From assembly GCA_951406725.2 (NCBI GenBank), contig OX597835.1:37262001-37326000 (forward strand): a DNA stretch of 64,000 bases, in the 5' to 3' direction. The translations under genes and the position numbers were made by a program. This document shows, piece by piece, positions 39,741 through 52,739 of the stretch. This DNA is from Octopus vulgaris. Its lineage: Eukaryota. Position 1 is the first letter of the stretch, and the number at the start of each line of letters is the position of its first letter. The notes beneath the pieces were generated by a model. The model was not told the DNA's origin. It saw only the letters and a program-made list of their open reading frames with translations, and made no database searches.

Positions 39741-40312
39741 TATAACAATAATTATAATACTATATGGCCTTAACGCATATACTAAAAATGCTGCTATTTA
39801 AAAAGGAATTAATAATAAAATTGATCATTGAACCACCAAGTCTTAAAAGGTTAATTGATTGTCATCTGTAACTAATTTATCATCAAAAATATATAAAGAT
39901 ACTTAGAATATTTTTTGCATATGTCTAAGTCCCTTGATTACTGGAGATAAGTTAGGAAGACTATCATACTGATGGCAGCTACTGAACCAGAAAAATGTGT
40001 ATATGAGCAAAGTAGCTCGTTAGAAAATCTCAATAAGAGATGAAAGTGGTATTACTGGGAAGTAATGTTTATTACCACATCAATATGGTTCTTCGATGTT
40101 ATATTGCTTTTAATCTCAGGAAGAGGTTCCTCCAGCTGGTTATTGATGCAATCTGCACCAGATATATATTACAAGCAGGGTAGTGAACCTCTACCTTCTT
40201 TTAGCTATGATGGGATCACCAGACCGAATAGTTTCAGACTACTTGTGTCCATTTTCAGTGGTGAACACCTAACTGCTAGAGATAGCAGGAATTTGCTCCA
40301 GCTCACAATATA

Positions 40313-40547
40313 TTTTTTCTTTACTACCCACAAGGGGCTAAACACAGAGAGGACAAACAAGGACAGATAAGCAGATTAAGTCGATTATATCAACCCCAGT
40401 GCATAACTGGTACTTAATTTATCGACCCTGAAAGGATGAAAGGCAGAGTCAACCTCGGCGGAATTTGAACTCGGAACGTAACGACAGACGAAATACGGCT
40501 ACGCATTTTGCCTGGCGCGCTAACGTGTCTGCCAGCTCACTGTTTTT
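40313..40547 (-). mobile_element. SINE family B with 16-bp TSD
   Basis: TSD TCCAGCTCACAATATA at 40297-40312 and 40548-40563. Confidence 0.9.
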
Positions 40548-40961
40548 TCCAGCTCACAATATATAGAAAACTAAGTGACAATCAGTCACTGGTCTTGCAA
40601 CAAGCAAAGTAGCTAGTTAGAAAATCTCAATATGTACCGGGTGCAGATTACACCGATAACTAGCTGGTGGAGGTTCTGCCTGGGGTTAAATGGTAGCAAT
40701 GTTGAACAGCCATATTGATGTGGCAAGAAATATTACCTCTCATGTATATGTAACTCCTACCCTATTATCTCCAGACACTAATCCAGTCCTTGGCTTCATG
40801 GTGTGTCGGTATTGGAGAATTCTTGAGATTATTTCCACTTCTCAAGTGGATCCAGGCTTAATTACCAGTACAAACTCACACACACACTCACAGCAGATCA
40901 GCTTCTTTCAGTTTCCATCTATCACAACTACTCACAAGGCATTTGGTAAATTCAGATTATA

Positions 40962-41756
40962 CACTGAACCGCAAAAGAAACATGATTTTTTCAAATGTCA
41001 TTTTTATATGGTAAATTCCGAAAATTTATTTTAGGGATGCAAGTGTAAATATTCCAAGACATGCTGGTTTATGGCTGAGACCCAGATTGCCAGTAACCTT
41101 TCAACTTTCCCTGAAATGAGATGCCAAAACGCAGCTGCATTGAATGCCATGGGTGGCAGTCACACACAATTGTCATGAAAACTGAACTGCATGTGCATCT
41201 CATGGAGGTTATGGGTATAAAAATATACTTGAATCGCATTCCTGCCTTTCATAATTTGTCACCATAGCCATGTGTCCCAGCAGGTCAATGCTTCCTCCCA
41301 CACGGCCAGGGTCACCATGGACTTCTTCCATCAGCACAACATCAGAACTATGCTGTGGCCGGCTCTCTGACCAGATTTGAACCCAAATGAACAGCTATGG
41401 GATGAAATCCAGAGATGGCTGAACCAGGTCCCAAGTAAAACTGAAGACAGCTTTCTTCAGGGTGTGGACACAGGTACCAATGGCTTTGTGAACCACCTCA
41501 TGCACTCCAGGTATTGATGGTGTATGGCCATTTTGAACACCCAGGGAGGGCATACACAGTAATGAACATGTCATGCCCTACAATCTCAATGTGCTGGATC
41601 TGCCCACTAGAACATATGACAACAACCTATAGACAGTGGTCAAAGTGCATCCAAGAAATTTACTTTATCAAATTTATCAAAATTTATCTCTGACATAATG
41701 AAATTAAAACATATTTCACAGTCACAAACGTCTCGCGTTTCTTTTGCGGTTCAGTG
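40962..41756 (+). mobile_element. Internally deleted Tc1-like transposon inserted in a SINE A
   Basis: TIRs CACTGAACCGCAAAAGAAAC, TA TSD; remnant NASSHTARVT...WPAL*PDLNPNEQLWDEI...GGHT. Confidence 0.9.
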
Positions 41757-42466
41757 TATTACAAGACACCTGCCCAAAATGCTTTGCAGTGGAATTGAAC
41801 CCAAGATTATGCAGCTGGAAAGTGAACTTCTTAACCTCACAGGTATGCCAGTACCATATATATATATGTGTATGTGAGAGTGAGTGTGTATATTCATATA
41901 AATGCATACATGTCCACATATACATTCATGACACATATAGGTACAAATTATTGAATACACACCCACATGGGCATATATGTATACGTATATAGATGTTTGT
42001 TTCTATCTATCTACTTATTATATTACGTATGTATGTGTGTACACACACACATATATACATATATATATACATATCCATATATATATATACATACATATAT
42101 ATATATACATACATATATATATATACATACATATATATATACATACATATATATATACATATGTTGATATATATATGTGGATTTTAATATAAATATGTAT
42201 TGCAGTATTTATAACAGGTTTAATTTCTATGCATTAATTTGTACTGTCTTCATTAACGGCAACAGGTTTTTTCCTCGGTATTTTCCTCGGATTTTATAAT
42301 TTTTATAAGTTTTTATATATATATACATATATTTTTGACCTTTTTGTTTATCGCTCGAAGATTGACCGTTTTTTTCTAAAGGGCCAATCAAACAAGTCCA
42401 TTTCTTTTTAAAGGTGTAGCGTTTGTAAGAGTATAGATTGAATTAATATATATGTTCCATTCTAGC

Positions 42467-42514
42467 AAAAACTGTCTGATGAACGGCAACGAGAAACTCA
42501 GAGTAACAGATTTT
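42467..42514 (+). ncRNA. Minimal hammerhead ribozyme type I
   Basis: AAAACTGT-CTGATGA-ACG(GCAA)CGA-GAAA-CTCAGAG-TA-ACAG; near-palindromic stem III. Confidence 0.7.
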
Positions 42515-42772
42515 GTTGAATTTTCTGCTGCTTAAAATAATACATACATATATATATATACATATATATACATATATATATATATGTTCATATATATATA
42601 TATATACATATATATATACATATACATTCATATATATATATATATACATATATATACATATATACATATACATACATATATACATATATATATATACATA
42701 CATATATATATATACATACATACATACATATATATACATACATACATACATATATACGTATATATATATACA

Positions 42773-42804
<32 letters not shown>

Positions 42805-43218
42805 CATACATACATATACATACATATATATACATACATATAGATATACATACATACATATATATATATACACAGAAACACATGCATACATAAATGTATG
42901 TATGTATATATTTACATATCCTGTGTTATTTATGTATTCAGTGACATTTAGGTGATACATCTTATTTTGAAAGCTGTACAATTCACATTAAGTTGCCTTG
43001 GATTATCTTTAAAATTGTCTGGTTTTGAAATGAAAAATTGAATGAGTAGCTGTCACTCAAATGTTGCGGGTGGCATGAATCTGTTGTGTAATTACTGTGT
43101 AGAGGCATTTTAGTCTCCAACCTTCACCTGTCAAGAAACTCTAGTGTCCAGCCACTCATTACTTTACCTATTATCAACATACTGATGTAGCTATGGCTGT
43201 ATTAAATTACATTATATA

Positions 43219-43268
<50 letters not shown>

Positions 43269-43393
43269 TATAAAATAAGGGCAAAAGAAGAATTCTAATG
43301 CCAAATATGCTGAAAAAAAGACAAAATTGTCAATAACCATTATAATTTATGCGTCTCGAAACAAGCCAATAGAAATTTCTAAAAAATTCGTTA

Positions 43394-43454
43394 TTACCGT
43401 ATTGGTCCCAATTTCGGGGTTAATTCATAAGAATTTTCCCCTCTTCAGCGATAA
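43394..43454 (-). ncRNA. Canonical hammerhead ribozyme type I
   Basis: TTATCG-CTGAAGA-GGGG(...)CCCC-GAAA-TTGG(GA)CCAA-TA-CGGTAA: all three stems and the full core are intact. Confidence 0.88.
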
Positions 43455-43494
43455 ATACGTAAGACATAAATGAAATACTTATTCATACCCATGG

Positions 43495-43527
<33 letters not shown>

Positions 43528-43540
43528 CATTACAGATATA

Positions 43541-43950
43541 AGGTGAAAGATTATTAATTTAATAAAATCAACAAATTTCACCAAGTAGTTTTTCGGTATG
43601 GAAAAGGACCATATTCGGTAAAAACTTATACAAAAAGTTTTTTTATATATAATTATAACAATAAGGGTTTAGCAACAAGTTGCTTGACCACATAACAAAA
43701 ATTTTAGAAATAGCAGCCAATAGCAAAATAATGAAATCAAACAGTCATCGATTAATTAATCCAGAAACGCATCCATAATTAATCAAAATTTGTTTGATTT
43801 CATTATTTTTCTACTTTTTTGCCATGTGTGAGTTACAAATGTTGTCTGTGGAGACATATTTTTGAAGAAAAAGGAAATAGTAGTCTTTTGGCTGCTACTT
43901 CTTAAATTTTTGGTATGTGGTCAAGCAACTTGTTGCTAAACCCTTATTGT

Positions 43951-43955
<5 letters not shown>
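43541..43955. mobile_element. Fold-back cassette family X (ribozyme not found)
   Basis: Arms 43654-43720 / 43888-43955 with an inner hairpin; unique flank homologous to 47982-48090; TA-flanked. Confidence 0.7.
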
Positions 43956-43987
<32 letters not shown>

Positions 43988-45045
43988 GCGCCTCTTCCTC
44001 TCATCCTCTTTAATTCTTTCTTTCTCTCTCTCTTGGTCATTGCTTCTGTTCTCGGCCCTCCTTAATCCCCTCTCTCTCTGTCTCTCTCACCTTCTTGCAA
44101 CCTGCTGCTACTAAGCCATTCCATTGGTGACAGCCACCTGTACTACACGTGTCATCTCTACCGAAAAGGTAATCACTTCCCACGCTTGCTGATTAATTGT
44201 TTTCGTCACATTTTGTCTCAAAGTCATTCCTGTTTTTATTCGTTACTGTTTCCAATTTTATCTTCGTCTCTTGTTTTCCTATTCGTCTCTGTTGTCACAT
44301 TCTTTCCTTCTACCAAGGAAATCTAATGCCCATAGCTTAGCTTTTCCTTGGGGCTGGCTGTTTTGGAGCAAATCTCAGAATTAAACAGCCGAAATTTGCC
44401 ATGATGAATTGGTTTCTGACTGAAGAATGAAGGCTCTGAATGACTGTCTGTTTTCCGTGTTCGTCAATTCATGAATTTCACGTTCTTTATATATAAAGTT
44501 TTATTCTATATATATATATACCCTGATTTATGTTATTAATTTATGTAGTTATATTATGTAGTAGTATAATGAGATGAGTATAAATTAGTTGTAGTTTATG
44601 TAGTGTATGTACATAACTAGAATAAGATTAAACCAAGAGGTTAATAAAATAAATTGAAGAATATATATGAATTTATAGACATTTAGTTTAGTTTTATTCT
44701 ATGTATTTTTTACATATAATGTCGTAGTTTTAAATTATTGAGAATTTAGAATTATAAAATGGTATACTACGTCACGTTTATTTGATTATTTTAATTTTTA
44801 GCATTAAAATACATATATCTATATATTTATTGTTTATGTCACGTTTAACAATAGATTTTTTTACCAAGCTAGATTGATAGTTTAAAGTATAAAATTTCAT
44901 ATAACTGGTTTTCATCACTGAGATAAGTTATGTTTTTGCTTTACATTTATATTGTTATATTTTATTGGATTATTTACTGCTAAGATACATATATTTATAT
45001 ATTTATTATTTAATTATAATATCTTTATTTATTTTATGTTATATT

Positions 45046-45137
45046 TTGACCTGACGAGTGGCTATATATTTTAAAATCGAATATTAACTTTTAATATTAT
45101 CGATTTATATATTTAGTCATGAAACGTGCGTAGTCGG
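45046..45137 (+). ncRNA. Hammerhead ribozyme type I with long AU-rich stem II
   Basis: TTGAC-CTGACGA-GTGGCTA...TAGTCAT-GAAAC-GTGC-GTA-GTCGG. Downstream AATAGTGGTTTGTCTCTAA...TTCCCTAA is homologous to 6297-6400. Confidence 0.8.
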
Positions 45138-45265
45138 TATAATGTTTGTTTTGTTTTGTGATTTTTAGAATGATAATTATAATATAATTTTAATTACTTT
45201 CTATGTGGTTATTATAGATAATATCATTCAGTATAGATTGAATAACTAAATAGTGGTTTGTCTCT

Positions 45266-45307
<42 letters not shown>

Positions 45308-46019
45308 TGTGAATTTTTGATTTAGTGTGCGAAATTGAATTTTTACTCCCTGTTGGCTTGGAATTATTATATTCCCTAACTATTAATAATATATATATAT
45401 ATGAAGCCAGGAGGATGCACCAGGCTCTAGTCTGATTTGGCAGTGTTTCTACAGCTGGATGCCCTTCCTAACGCCAATACACTCATGGAATGGTTAGCAT
45501 TAGGAAGGGCATCCAGCTGTAGAAACACTGCCAGATCAGACTGGAGCCTGGTGCAGCCTCCTGGCTTCCCAGAACCCAATCGAACCATCCAACCCATGCT
45601 TGCATGGAAAATGGACGTTAAATTATGATGATGATGATATATATATCTATATATATTGTATGTCCATCCGGCTGTCTGTCAATACATCCATCCGTCCATC
45701 CATCCAGCTATCTCTCTCTCTATGTCGTGTATACTTGTATATCTGTTACTGTAAGCAATGAAAGCCTGGAAGAAAACTTTTCTGTACAATATAGATTGGC
45801 TTTTCCTTCATGTTATAATACATGTAAAACAACATTTAGTCAGATTTATTGTCACTACTGCACAGAATAAAGTGTAAATTTTCACGGATCCTGGATGAAA
45901 CCAAAGCAAATTTAAAAGTGAGCTTTCAACTCTACAAATGCCTGTTCTAAAAGTGCACTGACTGTCAAGTCAATATTGCAGAAATTGCTCAATTATATTT
46001 TTTATGGAAAAGACGTGTA

Positions 46020-46513
46020 CTGTAAATCCTTGAGTATAATACGCAGGGGATTTTTAGGGGACTGTACCTCTGAAAAACCTAAACCATGTGTATAATATGC
46101 ACCCCTTCTCTAATTTGAGTTAAGGAGGTCAATATAACATCCTTGGTTTGTAAAAATGTATGCTGTAACATCCTTTATTATTATTGTGCATATAACATAA
46201 TGCAAACGTGTAGCTTTTTGTGCATTTTGTTTGCAGAAAATAAAGAAATAACAGTAATAACGTTTAATAAATGCTGCTGACTGCAAGTTATGGATGATTC
46301 TTTTATGACTTCATTGCTTTCAGGCTTAGCTTAAGGTATTTTCGTGCCCGACATCACAAAATGCTTCTGAATAAACATTGCCGGACAGCAAATAGAGACT
46401 CGGACATTGCTTAGAAGATATTTTTCATTTTTAACCTCGTATACAATAGGCACTTGGGATTTTGATCTTTAAATATTGGGGAAAAAATGTGGATTATACT
46501 CGAGGATTTACAG
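46020..46513. mobile_element. Tc2/pogo-like MITE (copy 1 of 3)
   Basis: TIRs CTGTAAATCCTYGAGTATAAT, TA TSD. Confidence 0.9.
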
Positions 46514-47004
46514 TATTATATATAAATAAATACAGTATTGAACAGAAAACACAGACACACACACATACAAAAGCGAGTTTGGAGGGTTATATTTTCTGGG
46601 TGGATACTGTATTGGCTCATAGTTATGTTCCTGTTAACAGCTAACCACAACAACCAGTAACTGATATCTGTAACTACATCTAGCTGTAGGTCATTATAAT
46701 ATGCTGTGTATAACTATAAAATAAGTTTTGTGCATGTATGATACAAGTCTCCATACTCTTTATAATTATTAATACCAACTATATATATATTTCCCTTAGG
46801 CATTGCAAGACTAATAACTTGGTGTAGAACTTAATATACATGTGCTCCAGAATAAAGTGTTAGTTAAGCACAAAGTGGTAATAAAAATTTGAGATGACAG
46901 AAGCATAAACAATTATCTTATCAAGTTCATTAGCTTACAACTGTTTCTGCTATAAGCTAATGAAGTAAATTTGATAATTATTTCTTTCTTTGTTGTCACA
47001 TTTC

Positions 47005-47046
<42 letters not shown>

Positions 47047-47049
<3 letters not shown>

Positions 47050-47930
47050 TCATCATCGATTAACGTCTGTTTTTCCATGCTGGCATGGGTTGGATGGTTG
47101 ACTGAGGTCTGGAGAATCAGTGGCTGCACCAGGCTCCAGTCTAGTCTGGCAGCGTTTCTACAGCTGAATGCCCTTCCTAATGCCAACCACTCTGAGAGTG
47201 GCACAGGAACCAGTATGGGGGTACTGGCACTGAAGTGAAGTGTGGCAGTTTGCACACATGCCTCGTACAATCTACCTTTCACTCTGAGTGAGAGGCACTC
47301 TGTATAGGGCCTGTATAGCCCTTATTAACCATTCATCAATCCTTAGTTTCTGTATCACCCACCAGATAAGGGATCAAGGTACCCTGTCAAAGGCTTTCTC
47401 CAAGTCCACAAAAGCTAAGTATAGAGGTTTATCGTTGGTTAGGTATTTTTCCTGTAGTTGCCGTACCAGGAATATAGCATCAGTGGTGCTTCTACCTGGG
47501 ACAAAACTGAACTGCATCTCATCTAAGCATACTCTCTCCCTAATTAGTTGGGCTATGATCCTCCCCGTGACCTCCATCACCTGATCCAGCAGTTTGATAC
47601 CCCTGTAGTCATTTCTCTATAAAACATCACCTTTACCTTTGCAGCAGTTGACTATGGTGCTGCTACGCCAGTCATTGGGTATGACTCCATTGTGAACTAC
47701 CTGGTTTACAATACGGGTGACTAGGCCATAACCTGTGCTGCCAGATATTTTAAGCATCTCAGCAGTGATTTCTGATGGGGCCTGGGGGATTTCCCTGGCT
47801 TCATACTCTTGTTTTATCTACCAGGGTGCTGTCTATTCAGATAGTTGGTCCCTATACTGGGTCAACATTTGGCAGGCTCTCCTCCTCCTATTCATTCTCA
47901 ACATTCAGCAATCTTTCATAATGGCTTCTC
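47047..47930 (-). mobile_element. Internally deleted RTE LINE
   Basis: DEMQFSFVPGRSTTDAIFLVRQLQEKYL...LAFVDLEKAFDRVP joined to KGRLYEACV and then to the 3' tail. Confidence 0.9.
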
Positions 47931-47973
<43 letters not shown>

Positions 47974-47981
47974 AAATATAT

Positions 47982-48308
47982 AGGTAGATAACAAAGGGTA
48001 AAATTAATTAATTAATGAGTAATCAATAATTTCACCAAGTAGAATTCGGCATGAAAAAAGACCATTTCACGGTAAATTTAAGTAATACTAAATAATTAGG
48101 GTTCAGCAAAGATTTGCTTTACCACATACCGAAGTTTAGAAATAGCAGCCAAAAACCTTAGCTATTTCTTCTACTTTAAAAAGTTTTCAAGTATTTTGGT
48201 TTTTCTGGGAGTCCCTTTTTAAAGTAGAAGAAATAGCTAAGGTTATTTGACTGCTATTTCTAAACTTCAGTATGTGGTAAAGCAAATCTTTGCTGAACCC
48301 TAATTATA
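47982..48308. mobile_element. Fold-back cassette family X, second member
   Basis: Arms ~48092-48183 / ~48215-48307; shares AATTTCACCAAGTAG..TTCGG.ATG and ACCACATA...TAGAAATAGCAGCCAA with 43541-43955. Confidence 0.75.
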
Positions 48309-49285
48309 AAGTATATAGGTAGATAGGTAGGTAAATAGATAGATAGATAGATAGACTGAAAGATAGACAGATAGATAGATAGATAGATAAAGGTAGTTAT
48401 GGTTGGTCTGTGGGGTTACCCAGATTTTCATGTCCATAGCTTTACAGTGTCTCTTCAGACCTTAATGACTGGTGGCCCATAACCTCTCTTCAAAGTTTAG
48501 GAAGAAAAGATCTTGTGGCTCGCTGTTGAATTCACAGACGAAGGAGAAGCGTTAAGTGCAAAGGGCTGCCTCCTTTAGACTGCTATCTGTAATCAACCAG
48601 GTCAGCTTATGGGTGATATATATCATCATCATCATCATCATCATCATCATTTACCATCTATTTTCCATACTGGCATTGGTTGGTTTGACAGGAGTTGATC
48701 GGCTGAAAGAGCTGCACCGGGTTCCAGTTATCTGCTGCATCATGGCCTCTACAGATGAATACCTTTCCTAATGCCAACCATTTTACAGAGTGTGCAGGGC
48801 TCCACTGTCACATTACAGGTACCCATGCCGGCACCACATAAAAGCACCCATGTCAGTGCCACATAATAGCACTGGTTCTGGCACCAGGTAAAAGGACAAA
48901 CACGAGTAGAGTTGACAGCAGACTTTCAAATCGATTCTCTTTGTTCAATGTCACATTGAGTTCCTCTCAGTTGTCTCTGATAGCAGAGTATATATTAATG
49001 TGTATATATGCCTATATTCATATTGGCACATGTGTATGTATACTTGCATATATAACCCTGCAAAAGTATATAATCATGTAAACACACACACACACACACA
49101 CAGACTCACACACACACAAGAATATATGGCTCATTATATTCACATATACATGCACACACATACAAACACATATACATGTGTGTGTGTGTACATAAACATA
49201 TATATGTACATATACATGTACATATGTATGTATATTTATGTATGTATGTATGTATGTATGTATCTATCTATCTATATATATATAC

Positions 49286-49545
49286 CGGAGTAAACACATA
49301 AATGTGAAACAAGGTGACAAAAAAGAGTACTCAAATACCAGAGGTAGAGTAATATGCTTTATTTAAAAGCAGCAGAAATTCAACAAAACCTGTTACTCGG
49401 AGTTTCACGTTCCCGTTCGTTGGACAGTTTTATTAAAATTCTAACAAAATTTTTTTTAAATTTTAACAAAACTGTCCAATGAATAGGAACGTGAAACTCC
49501 GAGAAACAGGTTTTGTTGAATTTCTGCTGTTTTTAAATAAAGTAT
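49286..49545. mobile_element. Fold-back cassette with two opposed hammerhead-like motifs
   Basis: Minus 49385-49431 reads AAAACTGT-CCAACGA-ACG(GGAA)CGT-GAAA-CTCCGAG-TA-ACAG; mirror copy at 49468-49514. Confidence 0.8.
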
Positions 49546-49593
49546 ATAAATATATATATCTGTACATATATGTATACATATCCATGCATGTAT

Positions 49594-49657
<64 letters not shown>

Positions 49658-49660
49658 ACA

Positions 49661-49730
<70 letters not shown>

Positions 49731-50280
49731 CGTGTGTATGCATATGAATATATATATGCAATGTGTGTGTATATACGCACACATACATATGCATATAAAC
49801 ATGAACACGGCTTGTCAATGTCAGCAATTCAGCATTATTCTTGGGAAACGGTTAGAAACCAATTGCTTTTCTCGGTGTGAATCTTCATTCCCATTTTAGC
49901 TGTGGTCTGCTATCAGCAACCATGGCACCACCTTCGCATTCTATATTTAGCTTTTTGTCTTTTCTTTTGGCAGAACTAGATTGAAGAATAAGAAAGATAA
50001 CATTGTAAAGCCACTCAACCCATTAAGGCTTTAGTACGATTAGATCTTGGAATCACTGCCAAAACTTTTACAGCAGACAGTCTGATTGATTATTTCATGC
50101 CACCAAAAACCACCACCACCATCACAACCATCACCATCACAAACACTAGCATAGCCATCACCATCACCTTCACCATCACCATCACCTTCACCATCACCGT
50201 CACAGCTCCCTACAACTATTATGAAGACCCCTACCACCAACACATACTTCATCACTATCTCTATTGGTCTGATCCATCAA

Positions 50281-50315
<35 letters not shown>

Positions 50316-50584
50316 CAAACACATGCACACACATACATGTATATGTGTACATCTATGTGTTGATATACACACACACACATGCATATGTGTATAATATATA
50401 TGTGCATTCATGTATGTGTGTGTATATATATATATATATATGCATATATGTATGTATATGTGTATGTATATATATGCATATATATGCATATATTTATGTA
50501 TATATATGTGTATATAAATATATATGTATATGCATGTGTACATGTGTGTGTAAATATATATACACACATATATATATATGTGTA

Positions 50585-50624
<40 letters not shown>

Positions 50625-51027
50625 CATGCACACTGACACACACATGCACAAATACACGCACACACATATATACATATACATATGTGTGTGTGTGTGTGTG
50701 TAAATCAATATATGTATCACGTTCTTTAAGTGCAAAACTGAATTAAAACTTCCTCCCCATCTTCTCTCATTGATTGGACATCTTCAAAGAATTTCCCATT
50801 CCATTCCATATGCTGGTAAGAGAGAGGGAGAGAGAGAGAGAGGAAGAAAGACAGAGAGAAAGTGAGAGAGAGAGTGCCCTTGAACAAAAGATGGAATCTG
50901 CCTCTTTAACATGTAGCACATGCTTTGCAACGAGCGATAGAATAGAATCAGTTGATGTTAGCATTTAGCAGAGTACTTCAGTTTGAACTTAAAATTGTTG
51001 TGTATATATTTGCATAACAGTGTATGC

Positions 51028-51058
<31 letters not shown>

Positions 51059-52739
51059 TATATAAATAATACGTGATGACCATTATTTTTAACTTACCAT
51101 ATGTATACATACATATATATATATATATATATGCATACTCTTATGCAAATATATATCATCATCATCGTTTAACGTCCGTTCTCCATGCTAGCATGGGTTG
51201 GACAGTTCGACCGGGGATCTGGGAAGCCAGAAGACTGCACCAGGCCCAGTCTGATCTGGCAGTGTTTCTACAGCTGGATGCCCTTCCTAAAGCCAACCAC
51301 TCCGTGAGTGTAGTGGATGCTTTTTGCGTGCCAGGCGAGGCTGGCAACGACCACGATCTGATTTGTGCTTTTTACGTGCCACCGGCACGGAAGCCAGTCA
51401 AAGCGGCGCTGGCACCGGCCACGTTCGGATGGCGCTTTTTACGTGCCACCGGCACATAAATACATTTAATGCACAAATAAATATATAGAACCCATTATTT
51501 ATGCCTAATATCATCATCATCATCTTCGTTTAACTTCCTCCTCCCATGCTGGTATGGGTTGGGTGGCTTGACAAGAGCTGCCCTTGCCGAAACCTGCATC
51601 ATGCTTCTGTGTAATTACACGGTTTTTATGGCTGGATGCCCTTCCTAACACTAACCCCCCTGCAGAGTGTATAAATGTGTGTGTGTGTGTGTGTATGTAT
51701 TGATTTTGATGATTTTGATTTTTCCAGTTTCAGCTTATGAGCTGTGGCCATGCTGGGGCACCACCATTTGCTGGGGCACCGCCATTTATATATATATATA
51801 TAGTACACCGCCATGTATATATATATATATAGTACAAAGTAAGGTAGGGGTTATGAAAGTAACCCACTATGGGATATCAGTTATCCAATATACTGCTGGT
51901 GAAGTACCCAAATACTAAATACATAAATGCTTATAATTGCAAAGCAATTAATTCATTTATTGTATTGAATGGGTGAAGGTAAAAAATGTTTTTACCATAA
52001 ATTCATAATACAAATAAGAAAATGGAGAAATAAATTCATTTCGATTATAAACTTACGGATATTACAATTTCATATTATTTATTAATTATACAAATAGGAA
52101 CATGAAAATCGAACAAAATAATATACATCAATATGTAATATAATAATAAAAATAAATGCACACACACACACAGTTATATAACAAAAGATATAGGTGTCAA
52201 AGTGGAAAATGGAACATACAAGAAACTTTATTGCTTAGTATGTTGTTAGTGACCATAGGTTTAAGCTTATGGTCTTGTGCCTATAATAGAAATATATATA
52301 TATATATGTACATATGTGTTTGAGGAGACCTATTGAGTCAAGTAGACCAACATCAAAAATCAATGGAAATTGTAGTTGTGATCCCTGTGCCGGTGGCACG
52401 TAAAAAGCACCATCTGAATGTGGCCGATGCCAGCACCGCCTTGACTGGCTTCCGTGCTGGTGGCATGTAAAAAGCATCAATCCGATCGTGGCCATTGCCA
52501 GCCTTGCCTGGCACCTGGTCCAGTGGCATGTAAAAAGCACCCACTACACTCACAAGGTGGTTGGCGTTATGAAGGGCATCCAGCTGTAGAAACACTACCA
52601 GATCAGACTGGAGCAGCCTTCTGGCTTCCCAGATCCCCGGTCGAACCGTCCAACCCATGCTAGCATGGAAAGCGGACGTTAACTGATGATGATGATGTAC
52701 AGATATCTGTATGTGAGCATTGCTTCAACTACAAAAGTA

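Noticed and set aside
42347-42400. Possible decayed hammerheads (CTCGAAGA...CAAAC; also 18780-18830 minus)
   Set aside because: Multiple core mismatches; suggestive but not supportable alone.
43705-43715. TAGAAATAGCA match to the Cas9 sgRNA scaffold (also ~48138)
   Set aside because: An 11-nt match spanning an engineered tetraloop, with no further similarity; it lies in a repeat family.
21284-50735. Many long YI/HT/CV-rich ORFs
   Set aside because: Translations of dinucleotide microsatellites that lack stops by composition.
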